38,014 nt of DNA from a virus (IMGVR_UViG_2718218361_000004), one strand, 5' to 3'; shown: positions 1-10,711, counted from the first letter of the stretch. A program made the numbers and translations. Notes: a model not told the origin generated them from the letters alone.

Positions 1-258
1 ATGCAAACCGTTATTTTTGGTCGTCCGGGTTGCCCTTACTGTGTGCGTGCAAAAGATCTGGCTGAGAAATTGAGCAATGAACGCGATGATTTTCAGTATC
101 AGTATGTAGATATTCGTGCGGAAGGGATCACTAAAGAAGATCTACAACAAAAGGCAGGTAAACCCGTAGAAACCGTGCCGCAGATTTTTGTCGATCAGCA
201 ACATATCGGCGGCTATACCGATTTTGCTGCATGGGTGAAAGAAAATCTGGACGCCTGA
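1..258 (+). CDS. grxA: glutaredoxin 1
   Basis: 85-aa ORF with the CPYC active-site motif (GRPGCPYCVRAK), recognised as E. coli GrxA; followed by a short hairpin. Confidence 0.93.
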   Translation: MQTVIFGRPGCPYCVRAKDLAEKLSNERDDFQYQYVDIRAEGITKEDLQQKAGKPVETVPQIFVDQQHIGGYTDFAAWVKENLDA

Positions 259-287
259 TCGTCTGACAAGCCCTCGCGTTGAGGGCT

Positions 288-665
288 TTACTGATTTTTT
301 CTGTGCTGTGGTTTAAACAAACTACTGATAAATAAGAAACACAGTGCCCCCAGCGCACACCAGAACACCGCGCTTAGTAACCATGCCAGCTCTTGCCAGA
401 ATGAGCGCGTCGGTGAAAAAAACAGCCGCATAATGAGCATCGAACAGGGTGCCGCCAGCATTGCGCCAAACAGAGGTTTCAGGACTTCTCTACGCTGTGA
501 AAAGAAGCTGGCGACTGCTCCAGGAAGAATGAAAAATAGCAAGCCGATTTCAGGATGCCCGGCAGCCCGAAAAGCGCCTTTCATGTGCGTCGCCAGAAAA
601 AGGCACACCACAATGAAGAGGACAAAACAGCAGATTGCCCCCGCCCAACGTTGTTTATGTTTCAC
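288..665 (-). CDS. ybjM: inner membrane protein YbjM
   Basis: 125-aa hydrophobic ORF divergent from grxA, matching the K-12 ybjL-ybjM-grxA arrangement. Confidence 0.7.
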   Translation of the reverse strand: MKHKQRWAGAICCFVLFIVVCLFLATHMKGAFRAAGHPEIGLLFFILPGAVASFFSQRREVLKPLFGAMLAAPCSMLIMRLFFSPTRSFWQELAWLLSAVFWCALGALCFLFISSLFKPQHRKNQ

Positions 666-934
666 TCGTTCCTCCTGACACTGCGTCTATCGAACACATT
701 TTTCGCCAGTGTGGCGTTCAGTAAGATAAAGCCGCTTCGCATTCCATGCTAATATAGGCCAACGCAATTCATATAGCCGTTGATACCTAATGTGATTACA
801 CTAGTAAAATATATTGTTACTTTACTATCGTTTAGGTGCGCTGAATGAATCTGCGCCCTGAATTCTGGTAAAAAACATTATCGTAAATTACCATTTCTTT
901 CAACAGCTTACTAGTAAACAAGAAGTTAGCCTCC

Positions 935-2620
935 GTGAATATAAACGTCGCCGAATTGTTAAATGGGAATTACATTCTGTTATTATTTGTGGTCCTCGCG
1001 CTTGGGCTATGTCTCGGAAAGTTACGACTTGGTTCGATCCAACTGGGTAATTCCATTGGCGTTTTAGTCGTATCGCTGTTATTAGGCCAACAACATTTCA
1101 GCATTAACACCGATGCGCTTAATCTTGGCTTTATGCTGTTTATTTTCTGCGTCGGGGTCGAAGCCGGACCGAACTTTTTTTCCATTTTTTTTCGCGATGG
1201 GAAAAATTACCTAATGTTAGCACTGGTGATGGTTGGCAGTGCGCTGGTGATCGCCTTAGGGTTAGGTAAGCTGTTTGGCTGGGATATTGGCCTGACGGCC
1301 GGTATGTTAGCAGGCTCTATGACGTCGACACCGGTTCTGGTCGGTGCTGGCGATACACTGCGTCATTCCGGCATGGAAAGCAGGCAGCTCTCACTGGCAC
1401 TGGATAATCTGAGCCTCGGGTATGCCTTAACCTATTTAATCGGTCTGGTGAGTTTGATTGTTGGTGCGCGTTACTTGCCGAAATTGCAGCATCAGGACTT
1501 ACAGACCAGCGCCCAGCAAATCGCCCGCGAACGTGGCCTGGACACTGATGCCAACCGTAAGGTTTATTTACCGGTGATCCGCGCCTATCGCGTCGGCCCG
1601 GAGCTGGTGGCCTGGACCGACGGCAAAAATCTGCGTGAACTGGGTATTTATCGACAAACCGGCTGCTACATTGAACGTATTCGACGTAACGGGATTCTGG
1701 CAAATCCAGACGGTGATGCCGTGCTACAAATGGGCGATGAAATAGCGTTGGTAGGCTATCCCGACGCCCATGCCCGACTCGATCCCAGCTTCCGTAACGG
1801 TAAAGAAGTTTTCGATCGTGACCTTCTCGACATGCGTATCGTCACTGAAGAAGTGGTCGTTAAAAACCATAACGCTGTAGGTAAACGTCTCGCACAACTG
1901 AAGTTGACCGATCACGGTTGCTTCCTTAACCGCGTCATTCGTAGCCAGATTGAGATGCCGATAGATGACAACGTCGTGCTTAACAAAGGTGACGTTTTAC
2001 AAGTCAGCGGTGATGCCCGTCGCGTAAAAACCATCGCCGATCGCATCGGCTTTATCTCGATTCACAGCCAGGTCACTGACCTGCTGGCATTTTGCGCCTT
2101 CTTTGTTATTGGGCTGATGATCGGGATGATCACCTTCCAGTTCAGCACATTCAGTTTCGGCATGGGGAACGCTGCCGGGTTGTTATTCGCCGGAATTATG
2201 CTGGGCTTTATGCGTGCTAACCACCCGACCTTCGGTTACATTCCGCAAGGTGCATTAAGCATGGTGAAAGAGTTCGGCTTGATGGTGTTTATGGCAGGCG
2301 TTGGTCTGAGCGCCGGTAGCGGTATTAATAACGGCCTGGGCGCGATTGGCGGTCAGATGTTGATTGCCGGATTAATTGTCAGTCTTGTGCCCGTGGTTAT
2401 CTGTTTCTTGTTCGGTGCTTATGTATTGCGAATGAACCGCGCACTGTTGTTCGGCGCAATGATGGGCGCACGCACCTGCGCGCCGGCAATGGAGATCATC
2501 AGTGATACAGCTCGCAGTAACATCCCTGCGCTGGGCTACGCGGGCACCTACGCAATCGCCAACGTCCTGCTGACGCTGGCAGGGACAATCATCGTCATGG
2601 TATGGCCAGGATTAGGATAA
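935..2620 (+). CDS. ybjL: putative AAE-family transporter YbjL (two membrane domains flanking TrkA-C-like soluble domains)
   Basis: 561-aa ORF with a GTG start; hydrophobic N- and C-terminal halves around a soluble middle; recognised as YbjL. Confidence 0.88.
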
Positions 2621-2732
2621 AACTGAAGTTGCCCTGAAAATGAAATTTTTTTGCACAACCGCAGAACTTTTCCGCAGGGCATCAGTCTTAATTAGTGCCA
2701 CTGCTTTTCTTTGATGTCCCCATTTTGTGGAG

Positions 2733-2775
2733 CCCATCAACCCCGCCATTTCGGTTCAAGGTTGATGGGTTTTTT
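2733..2775 (+). terminator. rho-independent terminator of ybjL
   Basis: Stem CCCATCAACC (2733-2742) pairs with GGTTGATGGG (2760-2769), followed by a T-run at 2770-2775. Confidence 0.6.
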
Positions 2776-2855
2776 GTTGCCTGAAATTTAAGCTGTTTAA
2801 AATCATGATGTTAGAAGCATTGTTTTTTAACGATGGCGACAAAATGGCGGCAGCG

Positions 2856-3074
2856 TCAAAGAGAGAGCGCCACCTGTCCTGATTTCATTGGATGCGGCTG
2901 AACCGGATTTGACTCTTTTGGCGTTGCAATCGAACGAACAAAAGTTTCATGGGTAACAAAAGTATGGCTGCAGTTAATGTTCTGGCACTGGTTGTAACGC
3001 TCTTTGGTCAATGAAGATACCTGAAAACTGCTGCGAGTATGGGCGGCACTTCCACACAGTGGGCAAATCATCAT
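2856..3074 (-). CDS. ogr: Ogr/Delta-family zinc-finger late transcription activator
   Basis: 72-aa product from the ATG at 3074 with C-x2-C...C-x4-C (MMICPLCGSAAH...YNQCQNINCSHTF) and a GGAG Shine-Dalgarno upstream; same position as P2 ogr after D. Confidence 0.85.
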   Translation of the reverse strand: MMICPLCGSAAHTRSSFQVSSLTKERYNQCQNINCSHTFVTHETFVRSIATPKESNPVQPHPMKSGQVALSL

Positions 3075-3164
3075 TTTTCGAGTTCTCCCCATTTTTGCTA
3101 AATTCACAATAATGATACCGCATTATTCCATTTTGCAAACTTAAAAGTTCTCCATTGCGAAGAA

Positions 3165-4265
3165 TCATTCCATTTCGAAATCATCAATCCTCACTTCAAG
3201 CTCCAGACTGGTCGTAAAACCATTATCCGGGCTTACGGTATGCGTCAGAGTCGTAATGGTCCATTCCGCATCATCTATCGGCTGTTTAAAGCCACTGACT
3301 TTCACTGGCATTTCCGTGTAGAGATCTGCCCGCCCTTCCGCCAGTTGTAGCGAGAATGACGCAACGCCACGTTGCAGGCGTTCCCACTGCATTTTCGCTG
3401 CCCGTTCAGCGTTGCTCCGGTTGGCATAAGTGCGATTAAGTACCAGCACGTTTTCATCCGTCCCCACCAGGTAATCGCCCTGCTTCGCTTCCGGCTCTTT
3501 CTTCTGCTTCTTAGTCCTGCGCTTACGCTTCACCGTAGTGCTTTCTTTCTTCGCGGGTTCGCGGGTATGCAACCAGCTGGCAATTACCCCCGTGTAGGCT
3601 CCGCGATCTGCCAGGGTAAAGCGGTGACTGTCGCCGTCCTTGCGTGTGATAGTGATCACCGGCAGTGGTTTACCAGTGGCGCTTTTGCCCTGTCCCTGCC
3701 GGATGAATAACAGATTGCCATTTTTCACCGACGCGATGGCACCGTACTGGCGCGCCAGCCGCATCAGAAAACTGCCGTCACTCTCATTAGTCTGGTCTAT
3801 ATGCTCCACGGGCTTATCCGACAGGTCTTTACCCAGTGCCATCTTCAGCTTGTGACGCGCGGCTATTTCCTTCACCACTTCCCCGACAGTGGTCTTGTGC
3901 CACGATTTTTCACGGCGGGTATTCAGCGTTTCCCTAAAATCAGCACTTCGCGCCCGGATAGTCAGGCGATCCGGTGCGCCAGTGTGTTCAATCTCGTCCA
4001 CCGTAAATGCCCCTTTCGGAAAAAGCGGCTGCCCCTTCCAGCCCAGCGCCAGCGTGATGACCGCACCACGGCGCGGCAGCACGATTTTTCCGTCGGCGTC
4101 GTCCAGTTCCAGATCAAGCTGGTCTGCTTCAAAGCCCCGATTGTCCGTCAGCGTCAGACTCATCAGGCGGTTATCCAGCACAGTGGTGATATCCTTTCCC
4201 TCAATACTGATGCTGAATGCGGGAGTTTTGTTGCCTTTGTTAAGCAGTTCAGAGCTGAAATTCAC
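3165..4265 (-). CDS. tail protein gpD (late control D)
   Basis: 366-aa ORF at the end of the tail operon, the position of P2 D; P2-family tail protein by size and order. Confidence 0.8.
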   Translation of the reverse strand: MNFSSELLNKGNKTPAFSISIEGKDITTVLDNRLMSLTLTDNRGFEADQLDLELDDADGKIVLPRRGAVITLALGWKGQPLFPKGAFTVDEIEHTGAPDRLTIRARSADFRETLNTRREKSWHKTTVGEVVKEIAARHKLKMALGKDLSDKPVEHIDQTNESDGSFLMRLARQYGAIASVKNGNLLFIRQGQGKSATGKPLPVITITRKDGDSHRFTLADRGAYTGVIASWLHTREPAKKESTTVKRKRRTKKQKKEPEAKQGDYLVGTDENVLVLNRTYANRSNAERAAKMQWERLQRGVASFSLQLAEGRADLYTEMPVKVSGFKQPIDDAEWTITTLTHTVSPDNGFTTSLELEVRIDDFEME

Positions 4266-4747
4266 GACAGCAGCCCTCCCACCGTTTTACTGATATCACT
4301 TAAGGCAGATGTTGCCATGTCCTGCAGATTATTCAGTTGCGTACTGAGATCACCGAACATATCGGACAGGGATTCATCCACCCGTTTGAGCGACAGGGTG
4401 AACTCAATCCGGCGCGGCATACCGTCGCGGAAAAACTCCGTTTTAGTCAGATTCAGTCCCTCAATCACATACATGCCGTAAATCGTGCCGCTGCCTTCAA
4501 TCAGGGGCCATGCTTTTCCCTGTTCTGCCATCTGCTCCAGAGCCAGCAACGACAGCCTGCCGCCCGTTATCTCCGGCATAAGAACACCAGAAAGCGTCAG
4601 CATGTCGTTGTCCGGTCCCAGAAACTGCGTGGACGGACGACGGTTTACCCGGCTGTTTGCCGCATGTCGCCAGCTGCGTTGATACTGCAGTTCCTGATAC
4701 GGAACGGTGCGCAGCATAAACACGTACAATCCCAGCACCATCATCAT
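4262..4747 (-). CDS. tail protein gpU
   Basis: 161-aa ORF overlapping D by 4 nt, the position and size of P2 U. Confidence 0.8.
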   Translation of the reverse strand: MMMVLGLYVFMLRTVPYQELQYQRSWRHAANSRVNRRPSTQFLGPDNDMLTLSGVLMPEITGGRLSLLALEQMAEQGKAWPLIEGSGTIYGMYVIEGLNLTKTEFFRDGMPRRIEFTLSLKRVDESLSDMFGDLSTQLNNLQDMATSALSDISKTVGGLLS

Positions 4748-7700
4748 GCGTCGTATCCCCCCTGATCGCTGTAGTTACTCCTGGCTTTTGCCTTCAGCCT
4801 GCGTTCACGTTCATCAAGCTGGCGTGCCACCTCCCGCGCAATATCCTGCGCACTTTGTCCTGGCTGCGTCTGAATGATGATCTGCGTCGGTGCCTCAATC
4901 CGGTGAACGGGCGGCACAGTGGCTGCACGACTCACCATCGCTTCGCCGCCTTTCGCGGGAAGTGCCAAAGGATGCAACGGTGGAAGCTCTGCAGGCGCGG
5001 CAGCAACGCCCATCATTCCGGCAACAACGGCAGCCAGTGCAGCTGTATTTCTCCGGCTGGTCACATTTGCCGGGCCGTTAACAATTTCCGGCCCGTTTTC
5101 ACCGACGATGCCAAACTGCCCGCGCGGGATATAGCCGCCGCTGTCATACATCCCCGCAAAGCCATATCCCCATGACGGAAAATCACCCGATGGCATCATC
5201 ACTTTACCGTCTGCATTCACCGTCGCAGGTTGCTGACGCGTCACGCTTTCCGGTAGTTTTGCCTTTGCGGCCTCTTTACTGACAATGCCGAGTTTCTCCA
5301 GCAACCAGGAAACGCCTGATTTCAGGGAGTCCAGCGGATGCATGACCATATTCAGCCCTTCCGCCAGTGCCTCCCCGAATCGTCGCCCCATTGCCGCTGC
5401 GCTCTGCAGTTCGGCAGAGGTCGACTTAACAGGCGTCAGCAGATCAGTAAACCAGCCCCACAGCGCCTGTACTTTGTCGCCAATCCACTGGAACACGGGC
5501 TTAAGCGGTTCGAATGCTGCACTGACGGGACCTGCCGCCACTTTGAATCCTTCCACCACACCAGCGAGAAATGCGGTGATGGGTTGCCAGTATTTCCAGA
5601 CAACCAGCGCCACGCCCGCCAGTGCAGTAACCACAAGACCTATCGGACTGAGCAGAGCACCTAACAGACCAGATATGGCATACAGGGCAACGCGCAGCAT
5701 CGCCAGTGGACCAGATGCCAGTACTCGCAGCACCGTACCTGCGGCGGTCAGTCCACCGCGCAGTACTGCCAGAGGATTCATAAACATCACAGCAACCGCA
5801 CGTAAACCGGATAATCCAGACCGCAAAAGTGCAACTGGCGCACCTGCTACAGTTTTCAGGACATTTCCCGTCAGTGATGCCGTGCGGCGCAAAGACGACA
5901 ACGGCGCAGTAAGTAAACCTGCGGCGTTGCCCGATGAAGCAAGCCCGCGTCGCAGCAGTGCCAGTGGTGCGCCAGCCAACCAGGACAACGCGTTGCTGGT
6001 TCGGGTTACTGCTGCCGTAACGGAAGGTAACGTTTTGATACCCAGCACAGAGAATCCCAGACGGATGACTGCCAGCGGCCCCAGCACTGCAGCCAGCGCC
6101 ACCGCTAAGGTGCCGAGGCCCACGGTAACGGCAGCCACCACAGCGGCTACTTTCATCAGAGTGCCCGTCAGTTCCGGGTTAGCTTCCACCCAGCGACGCA
6201 ACGCCCCCGTGACGCTTTTCACCGTGTACAGAATATCCATCAGCGGCTGGCGCAGCGTTTCGCCCAGGCTGCTGAAGGTATTCTGCGCTCCGGTTTTAAC
6301 CAGCAACCACTGAGCAGAAAGTGAGTCCTTGTTGATGTCGGATTCTTTCTGCATGGAACCGAGCGCATCATTGCCCGCTGTCAGTTTTAGCTGGCGCTGT
6401 AGTTCCGGCAGGTTGTTTGCCAGTTTCGCCGCGTCATCGCCAAACTCTTTACCAAACAACATGGTCATGGCAGACAGACGCTTGTCCTGCGGCAGTGCGT
6501 TCACCTTCTCCAGCACGCGCTGGATGGTTCCCATCGCATCCTTCGTCATCTGCTTTTCAATCACTTCAGGATTGAGTTTCAGCAGATTCATCCCTTCAAA
6601 AAAACTCTTGCTTTGCATGGTGGCAATGGACAATTCACGCACCATCGCGTTTGCTGCACTGGCTGCAACCTCCGGCGCAGCGCCCAGTGTCAGGAAGGTG
6701 GAACCCAGCGCCGCCGCTTTACGATAATCGAGACGGTCAGCCACACCGCCCAGGCGTTGCATCACATCAATGATGTCCGCCCCTTTCGACATGGCGTTAT
6801 CATCCAGATAGTTCAGCGCATCACCGAGCTGTTCAATATTGCGGGTAGGTATTTTGTAGAGCTGGGCGATTTTCCCCAGACTTTCTGACAGTTCATCCGC
6901 TGGCAGCTCAAAGGCTGTTGCCGCCTTTGCCGCCGTGCTGGCGAAGGCCAGCAGGTCACGTTTCTGGTCTTCCCAACTGTCGTCAGGGTTTGCAACGTTC
7001 ATACGCGCACCACCTTCAACCAGTGCAGCGAAGTCCACCGCACCGTTTTCCATCGGCAACTGTTCGCTGGCAGCTTTGATGGCATCCTGCATTTCATAAA
7101 AACGTGCAGTACGGTTGCCATTATCGTCACGCAGACCATTGACCTGCTTTGCCACACCTTTCATGGCATCTTCCATGCTGGTATAGCTTTTTACTGCCGC
7201 CATCACTGGCGTCCCCATTGCCAGCCCTGCAGCCGTGGTGGTGGCTCCGGCTCCTGCGATGCGATCGCGCACCTCCAGCGAACGGGCATAACTGGCACGC
7301 GCTGCATTCATCCTGCGCTGAGCTTCCCCCAGTCGCTTCAGCCGCGCCTCCTGTTTCGAAAGTTCCTGGTTATAACGTGATGTTTCACGGGCTAAACGGG
7401 CAGTTGCTCCCGCATCATCTTTCGCAGAAATTCCCGCCCGGTACAGTTCAGCACGCACAAGCGCCGTTTGCTTCTGCAAATATTTTTGTTGTTCTTCCAG
7501 GCGTTGGACTGCCAGCGTTTGCCGACCTAAAGCCACAAGATGCCTTTGTGATGGTTGCTCCATCGCCTCCAGCTCAGAGCTAAGCAAATTAGCCTTCTGT
7601 CTGGCATAGTTCAGCCTGTCGCCTAACTTCTTGTTATCAGCCTGCAGCTTGCGAAATTTTTCCAGGCTGTTACCCGCCTGATTGAGTTGCTTTAATGCGT

Positions 7701-7821
7701 CACGGGAGTTTCTGATTGCGCCAGCCAGCTCTTTCGAACTGGCCTGTGCAGCACGGAATGGGCGGGTGAGTTTGTCAACCGCATTAAGAATGACCTGCAG
7801 GCGCAGGTTGTTATCACTCAT
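4744..7821 (-). CDS. tail tape measure protein gpT
   Basis: 1025-aa Ala/Gly-rich ORF with coiled-coil N-terminal half and hydrophobic repeats, immediately downstream of E/E'. Confidence 0.88.
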   Translation of the reverse strand: MSDNNLRLQVILNAVDKLTRPFRAAQASSKELAGAIRNSRDALKQLNQAGNSLEKFRKLQADNKKLGDRLNYARQKANLLSSELEAMEQPSQRHLVALGRQTLAVQRLEEQQKYLQKQTALVRAELYRAGISAKDDAGATARLARETSRYNQELSKQEARLKRLGEAQRRMNAARASYARSLEVRDRIAGAGATTTAAGLAMGTPVMAAVKSYTSMEDAMKGVAKQVNGLRDDNGNRTARFYEMQDAIKAASEQLPMENGAVDFAALVEGGARMNVANPDDSWEDQKRDLLAFASTAAKAATAFELPADELSESLGKIAQLYKIPTRNIEQLGDALNYLDDNAMSKGADIIDVMQRLGGVADRLDYRKAAALGSTFLTLGAAPEVAASAANAMVRELSIATMQSKSFFEGMNLLKLNPEVIEKQMTKDAMGTIQRVLEKVNALPQDKRLSAMTMLFGKEFGDDAAKLANNLPELQRQLKLTAGNDALGSMQKESDINKDSLSAQWLLVKTGAQNTFSSLGETLRQPLMDILYTVKSVTGALRRWVEANPELTGTLMKVAAVVAAVTVGLGTLAVALAAVLGPLAVIRLGFSVLGIKTLPSVTAAVTRTSNALSWLAGAPLALLRRGLASSGNAAGLLTAPLSSLRRTASLTGNVLKTVAGAPVALLRSGLSGLRAVAVMFMNPLAVLRGGLTAAGTVLRVLASGPLAMLRVALYAISGLLGALLSPIGLVVTALAGVALVVWKYWQPITAFLAGVVEGFKVAAGPVSAAFEPLKPVFQWIGDKVQALWGWFTDLLTPVKSTSAELQSAAAMGRRFGEALAEGLNMVMHPLDSLKSGVSWLLEKLGIVSKEAAKAKLPESVTRQQPATVNADGKVMMPSGDFPSWGYGFAGMYDSGGYIPRGQFGIVGENGPEIVNGPANVTSRRNTAALAAVVAGMMGVAAAPAELPPLHPLALPAKGGEAMVSRAATVPPVHRIEAPTQIIIQTQPGQSAQDIAREVARQLDERERRLKAKARSNYSDQGGYDA

Positions 7822-8250
7822 CGTTGGCCCCGCATCTCTGGATCGCTTTATACCGCCATTCCAGCACTTCGGTCAGCGGCATAACGTCAGTAACGGATGG
7901 CGGCCAGTGAAAAATGGTGGCGATATCTGCCACCAGATCGTCAACCGTCAGGCTGTCGGTAAACCGGCAAGCACCGACTTCTTCAACAAAAAAGTGACAA
8001 CCTCAACCGACATGGCTGTGAGATCTGCCGGGTCCATCTCTGCGATTTCCTGTGCAGTCAGTGCCGGACTGGAGATGCGGGGGATCACGGTCATCATCGC
8101 GTTCACATCCATATCCATAATGGCCTGCAGGCGTGTGCCGCGCAGCGCACCAGACTGCGGTTTACGCAACACAATTTCGGTAATTTCTGTTTTACCGCGC
8201 ATGATGGGGGTATCCAGTTGAATGGTCTTTTCAGTCTGTTTATCGCTCAT
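7814..8250 (-). CDS. gpE+E' fusion made by programmed -1 frameshift at TTTTTTG (minus-strand 7987-7993)
   Basis: The -1 frame stays open from the slippery site to a TGA at 7814-7816 that overlaps the T start codon (ATG 7819-7821). This gives about 146 aa, comparable to P2 E+E'. Confidence 0.65.
7948..8250 (-). CDS. tail assembly chaperone gpE
   Basis: 100-aa ORF between FII and T; ends ...EVVTFLLKKSVLAGLPTA with the slippery heptamer T TTT TTG in frame. Confidence 0.8.
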   Translation of the reverse strand: MSDKQTEKTIQLDTPIMRGKTEITEIVLRKPQSGALRGTRLQAIMDMDVNAMMTVIPRISSPALTAQEIAEMDPADLTAMSVEVVTFLLKKSVLAGLPTA

Positions 8251-8304
8251 TTTGTTGTCCTGTAAATTAGGTTCTGGCGCGGCATTCCGCGCCGTTCAGA
8301 TACA

Positions 8305-8820
8305 TCAGAGGCCGAGGGCGTTGCGGTGCGCTTCCATCAGGTCCACACCGTCCACAATTTCCACCATGTTGATAAGGTCCACTTCATAGAGCACCTCACC
8401 ATTGATGGTCAGCTTCGCGTAGCTGTTGGTACTGGTCACTTTGGTGGTGTTGCTTTCGCCCGTCTTCCACTCGCCGGAATCCACTTCTTTGTGACGTCCA
8501 CGCACGACAAGCTCCACGGCCTGCACTTCCCCGGTATCGTCACGCTGGATAGAGCCGGTAAAGCGCAGCTGGATGCCATCCACCGTGGATTTGCCCATCT
8601 GCTTAAACAGCAGCAGTTCAGTACCACCAATGGAAAATTCTGTATCCAGTGCACTGTCATCCAGTCCCAGATCCACATCCACCGCCCCCGGCATACCGCC
8701 GCCGCGATACTTCTCATATTTGCGGGTGAATTTCGGCAGCGTCAGCGACTCAACGATCCCCTGCCAGTTGTTCCCGTCGTTAAACAAGTTCAGATGTTTT
8801 AATTTACGTGGTAAAGCCAT
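8305..8820 (-). CDS. tail tube protein gpFII
   Basis: 171-aa ORF downstream of FI, matching P2 FII in size and order. Confidence 0.85.
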   Translation of the reverse strand: MALPRKLKHLNLFNDGNNWQGIVESLTLPKFTRKYEKYRGGGMPGAVDVDLGLDDSALDTEFSIGGTELLLFKQMGKSTVDGIQLRFTGSIQRDDTGEVQAVELVVRGRHKEVDSGEWKTGESNTTKVTSTNSYAKLTINGEVLYEVDLINMVEIVDGVDLMEAHRNALGL

Positions 8821-8829
8821 GTTGTCCCC

Positions 8830-10002
8830 TTACGCGCTGACCTGGCTGGCGAAATTCACCAGGTACTGATCGGTGATGCGCTGGCGCAGCATCAGATTTT
8901 CAAGTGGCGGCACTGGCGTGTAGTCATAGTCGATGGTGAGTTTTCCGGCTTTCAGCGTGTCTTTGTCGTTCACCGACTCATCCAGCCAGCAATCACCACC
9001 AATGAGATAGCCCTGACTGACCAGGCTGCGCATTTTGGCGCGGATACCTTCGATAATGTCGCGGGCCAGCGACGGGTTAAGCGGTTTATCCACCGCCCAC
9101 ATGTGTGCTTCTGCCATCGTGTCCATCAGCACCTGCGCCGTGCGGGTGTAGTTTTCGAAGGCAAAGAGCGGGTCATCACTCAGGCTGCGGGAACCCCAGA
9201 AGCGGAAACCGTCTTTACGCACAAGCGTGGTGACGTCGTTCTGGTTAAGCAGTCCCGCATCGGTTGCCGGGTCCTGCAGATCCCAGAACACATCAGCAGA
9301 AATTCCGGTGACACCGTTCACGCCCACGTTGGACAGGCTTTTGTGCCATCCGGTCTGCTCGTCAATTTTGGCGCGCAGACCAAGCGCACGGGCGGTGGCA
9401 TATGCCGTTGCTTCGGCATTCAGCACCGTGTCCCAGCCAGTAAAGTCGGGCCAGATCAGCATCCCTTCGCGCTGGCTGAAGTTTTCGCGGTAAGTGATCG
9501 CCTCCTGCACTGTCTTGCAGCCATACGCTGACAGGTAAGCAAACCCACGCAGGCTTTGCGCCACGCTCAGCAACTCAGTCGCAACGGCTTTGTTATCGTG
9601 ACCAGGTACGCCGAGAATGCGCGGTTTAACGCCGAGCTGTGTCTGGGCAGATAACAGGGCTTTCATGCCTGTTTTTTTACCTTCAGCAGTCACTGCGCCG
9701 ATGATATTGGTCGTGGTTTCTTCTTCCGTTTCCCCCTGCGGCACACGCACAACAACGGTCACGGGTTTTGCCTGGTCAGCGATGGCATCCAGCGAACGGG
9801 CCAGCGTGCCGGACTCACCCGCTTTACCGCTGGCAGTCAGCACATCAGTGATCAGCACGGGTTTATTAAGAGGAAACATTTTTGCATCGGCATCATCGCC
9901 CGTGCAGACCATACCCACGATGGCGGTGCTCACCGTGGTAATGGATCGGGTGCCTTCGTTGACTTCAACAACGCGCACCCCGTGGTGGTAATCCTGAGCC
10001 AT
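8830..10002 (-). CDS. contractile tail sheath protein gpFI
   Basis: 390-aa ORF at the head of the FI-FII-E-T-U-D operon. Confidence 0.88.
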   Translation of the reverse strand: MAQDYHHGVRVVEVNEGTRSITTVSTAIVGMVCTGDDADAKMFPLNKPVLITDVLTASGKAGESGTLARSLDAIADQAKPVTVVVRVPQGETEEETTTNIIGAVTAEGKKTGMKALLSAQTQLGVKPRILGVPGHDNKAVATELLSVAQSLRGFAYLSAYGCKTVQEAITYRENFSQREGMLIWPDFTGWDTVLNAEATAYATARALGLRAKIDEQTGWHKSLSNVGVNGVTGISADVFWDLQDPATDAGLLNQNDVTTLVRKDGFRFWGSRSLSDDPLFAFENYTRTAQVLMDTMAEAHMWAVDKPLNPSLARDIIEGIRAKMRSLVSQGYLIGGDCWLDESVNDKDTLKAGKLTIDYDYTPVPPLENLMLRQRITDQYLVNFASQVSA

Positions 10003-10078
10003 AGTGGCGAACCTCCTGATTGGATTAGGCTTCGCCCTATGTTGAAGTGATTGTGCCTGACAAACAGCTAAGCGCAGT

Positions 10079-10096
10079 TGTACCGTTATTCATACA
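10079..10096. promoter_or_regulatory. TGT-N12-ACA dyad, candidate Ogr-dependent late promoter element (PF-like)
   Basis: tTGTaccgttattcatACAaaa lies about 85 bp upstream of the FI ATG; P2 late promoters carry this dyad. The motif is low-information, so context-dependent. Confidence 0.4.
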
Positions 10097-10144
10097 AAAT
10101 GACGGTATTTGTCTACTTGCAGGGATAATCAAAATAATGCTGAT

Positions 10145-10711
10145 TCAGGGGGATTCATTGCTCTTATTTGCCGGAAATTTTCTATAAATTGTGGAAACAC
10201 CCACATCAAAAATCAGTGCAATACGCTGTCTTGATTCTCCGGCCTCGAGTAAGCGTCCAATCTGTGCCCACTGTTCTGTGGTCAACTTAGGACGGCGTCC
10301 ACCTACTCTGCCTTTGGCGCGAGCTGCAGCCAGCCCCGCCCTGGTACGTTCAACTATCAGTTCGCGTTCCATTTCAGCCAGGGCACCCATGACATGAAAA
10401 AAGAAACGGCCCATTGGGGTGCTGGTATCAATACTGTCAGTCAGGCTTCGGAAATTCACACCACGCTGGCGCAACTCTTCTATCAGCGTAACAAGATGCC
10501 GCATACTGCGCCCCAACCTGTCCAGCTTCCAGACAACCAGCGTGTCTCCTGCCGTTAGTGTCCTGAGCAGTTTTTTCAGCCCTGGTCTGTCGGACTTTGT
10601 GCCACTGATTTTGTCCTCAAAAATCCGCTCACATCCCGCGCAGTTCAGTGCATTACGTTGCAAATCGGTGTTCTGGTCATTTGTTGACACGCGTACATAG
10701 CCAATAAGCAT
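10145..10711 (-). CDS. serine DNA invertase (Hin/Gin/Pin/Cin family)
   Basis: N-terminus MLIGYVRVSTNDQNTDLQRNAL with the catalytic Ser motif and a C-terminal HTH (GVSTIYRKF). ATG at 10711 preceded by GGGGG; directly abuts the invertible segment. Confidence 0.9.
   Translation of the reverse strand: MLIGYVRVSTNDQNTDLQRNALNCAGCERIFEDKISGTKSDRPGLKKLLRTLTAGDTLVVWKLDRLGRSMRHLVTLIEELRQRGVNFRSLTDSIDTSTPMGRFFFHVMGALAEMERELIVERTRAGLAAARAKGRVGGRRPKLTTEQWAQIGRLLEAGESRQRIALIFDVGVSTIYRKFPANKSNESP

Noticed and set aside
433-752. Two plus-strand ORFs (81 and 65 aa) overlapping ybjM
   Set aside because: Antisense to a recognised membrane-protein gene; no independent support.
3372-4481. Plus-strand ORFs of 112-226 aa overlapping gpD and gpU
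   Set aside because: Antisense to the D/U genes; Arg/Ser-rich translations without start context.
5285-6313. 342-aa plus-strand ORF (and several 60-130 aa ORFs at 4855-7583) inside the tape measure gene
   Set aside because: Antisense to a long, well-supported minus-strand gene; Ala/Ser/Pro/Arg-rich low-complexity translations typical of open antisense frames in GC-rich coding DNA; no ribosome-binding sites.
10145-10711. Serine recombinase as a possible transposon resolvase or IS marker
   Set aside because: It directly abuts a segment bounded by 34-bp inverted repeats inside tail-fibre genes, so it is a phage host-range invertase; no transposase or terminal IS repeats nearby.
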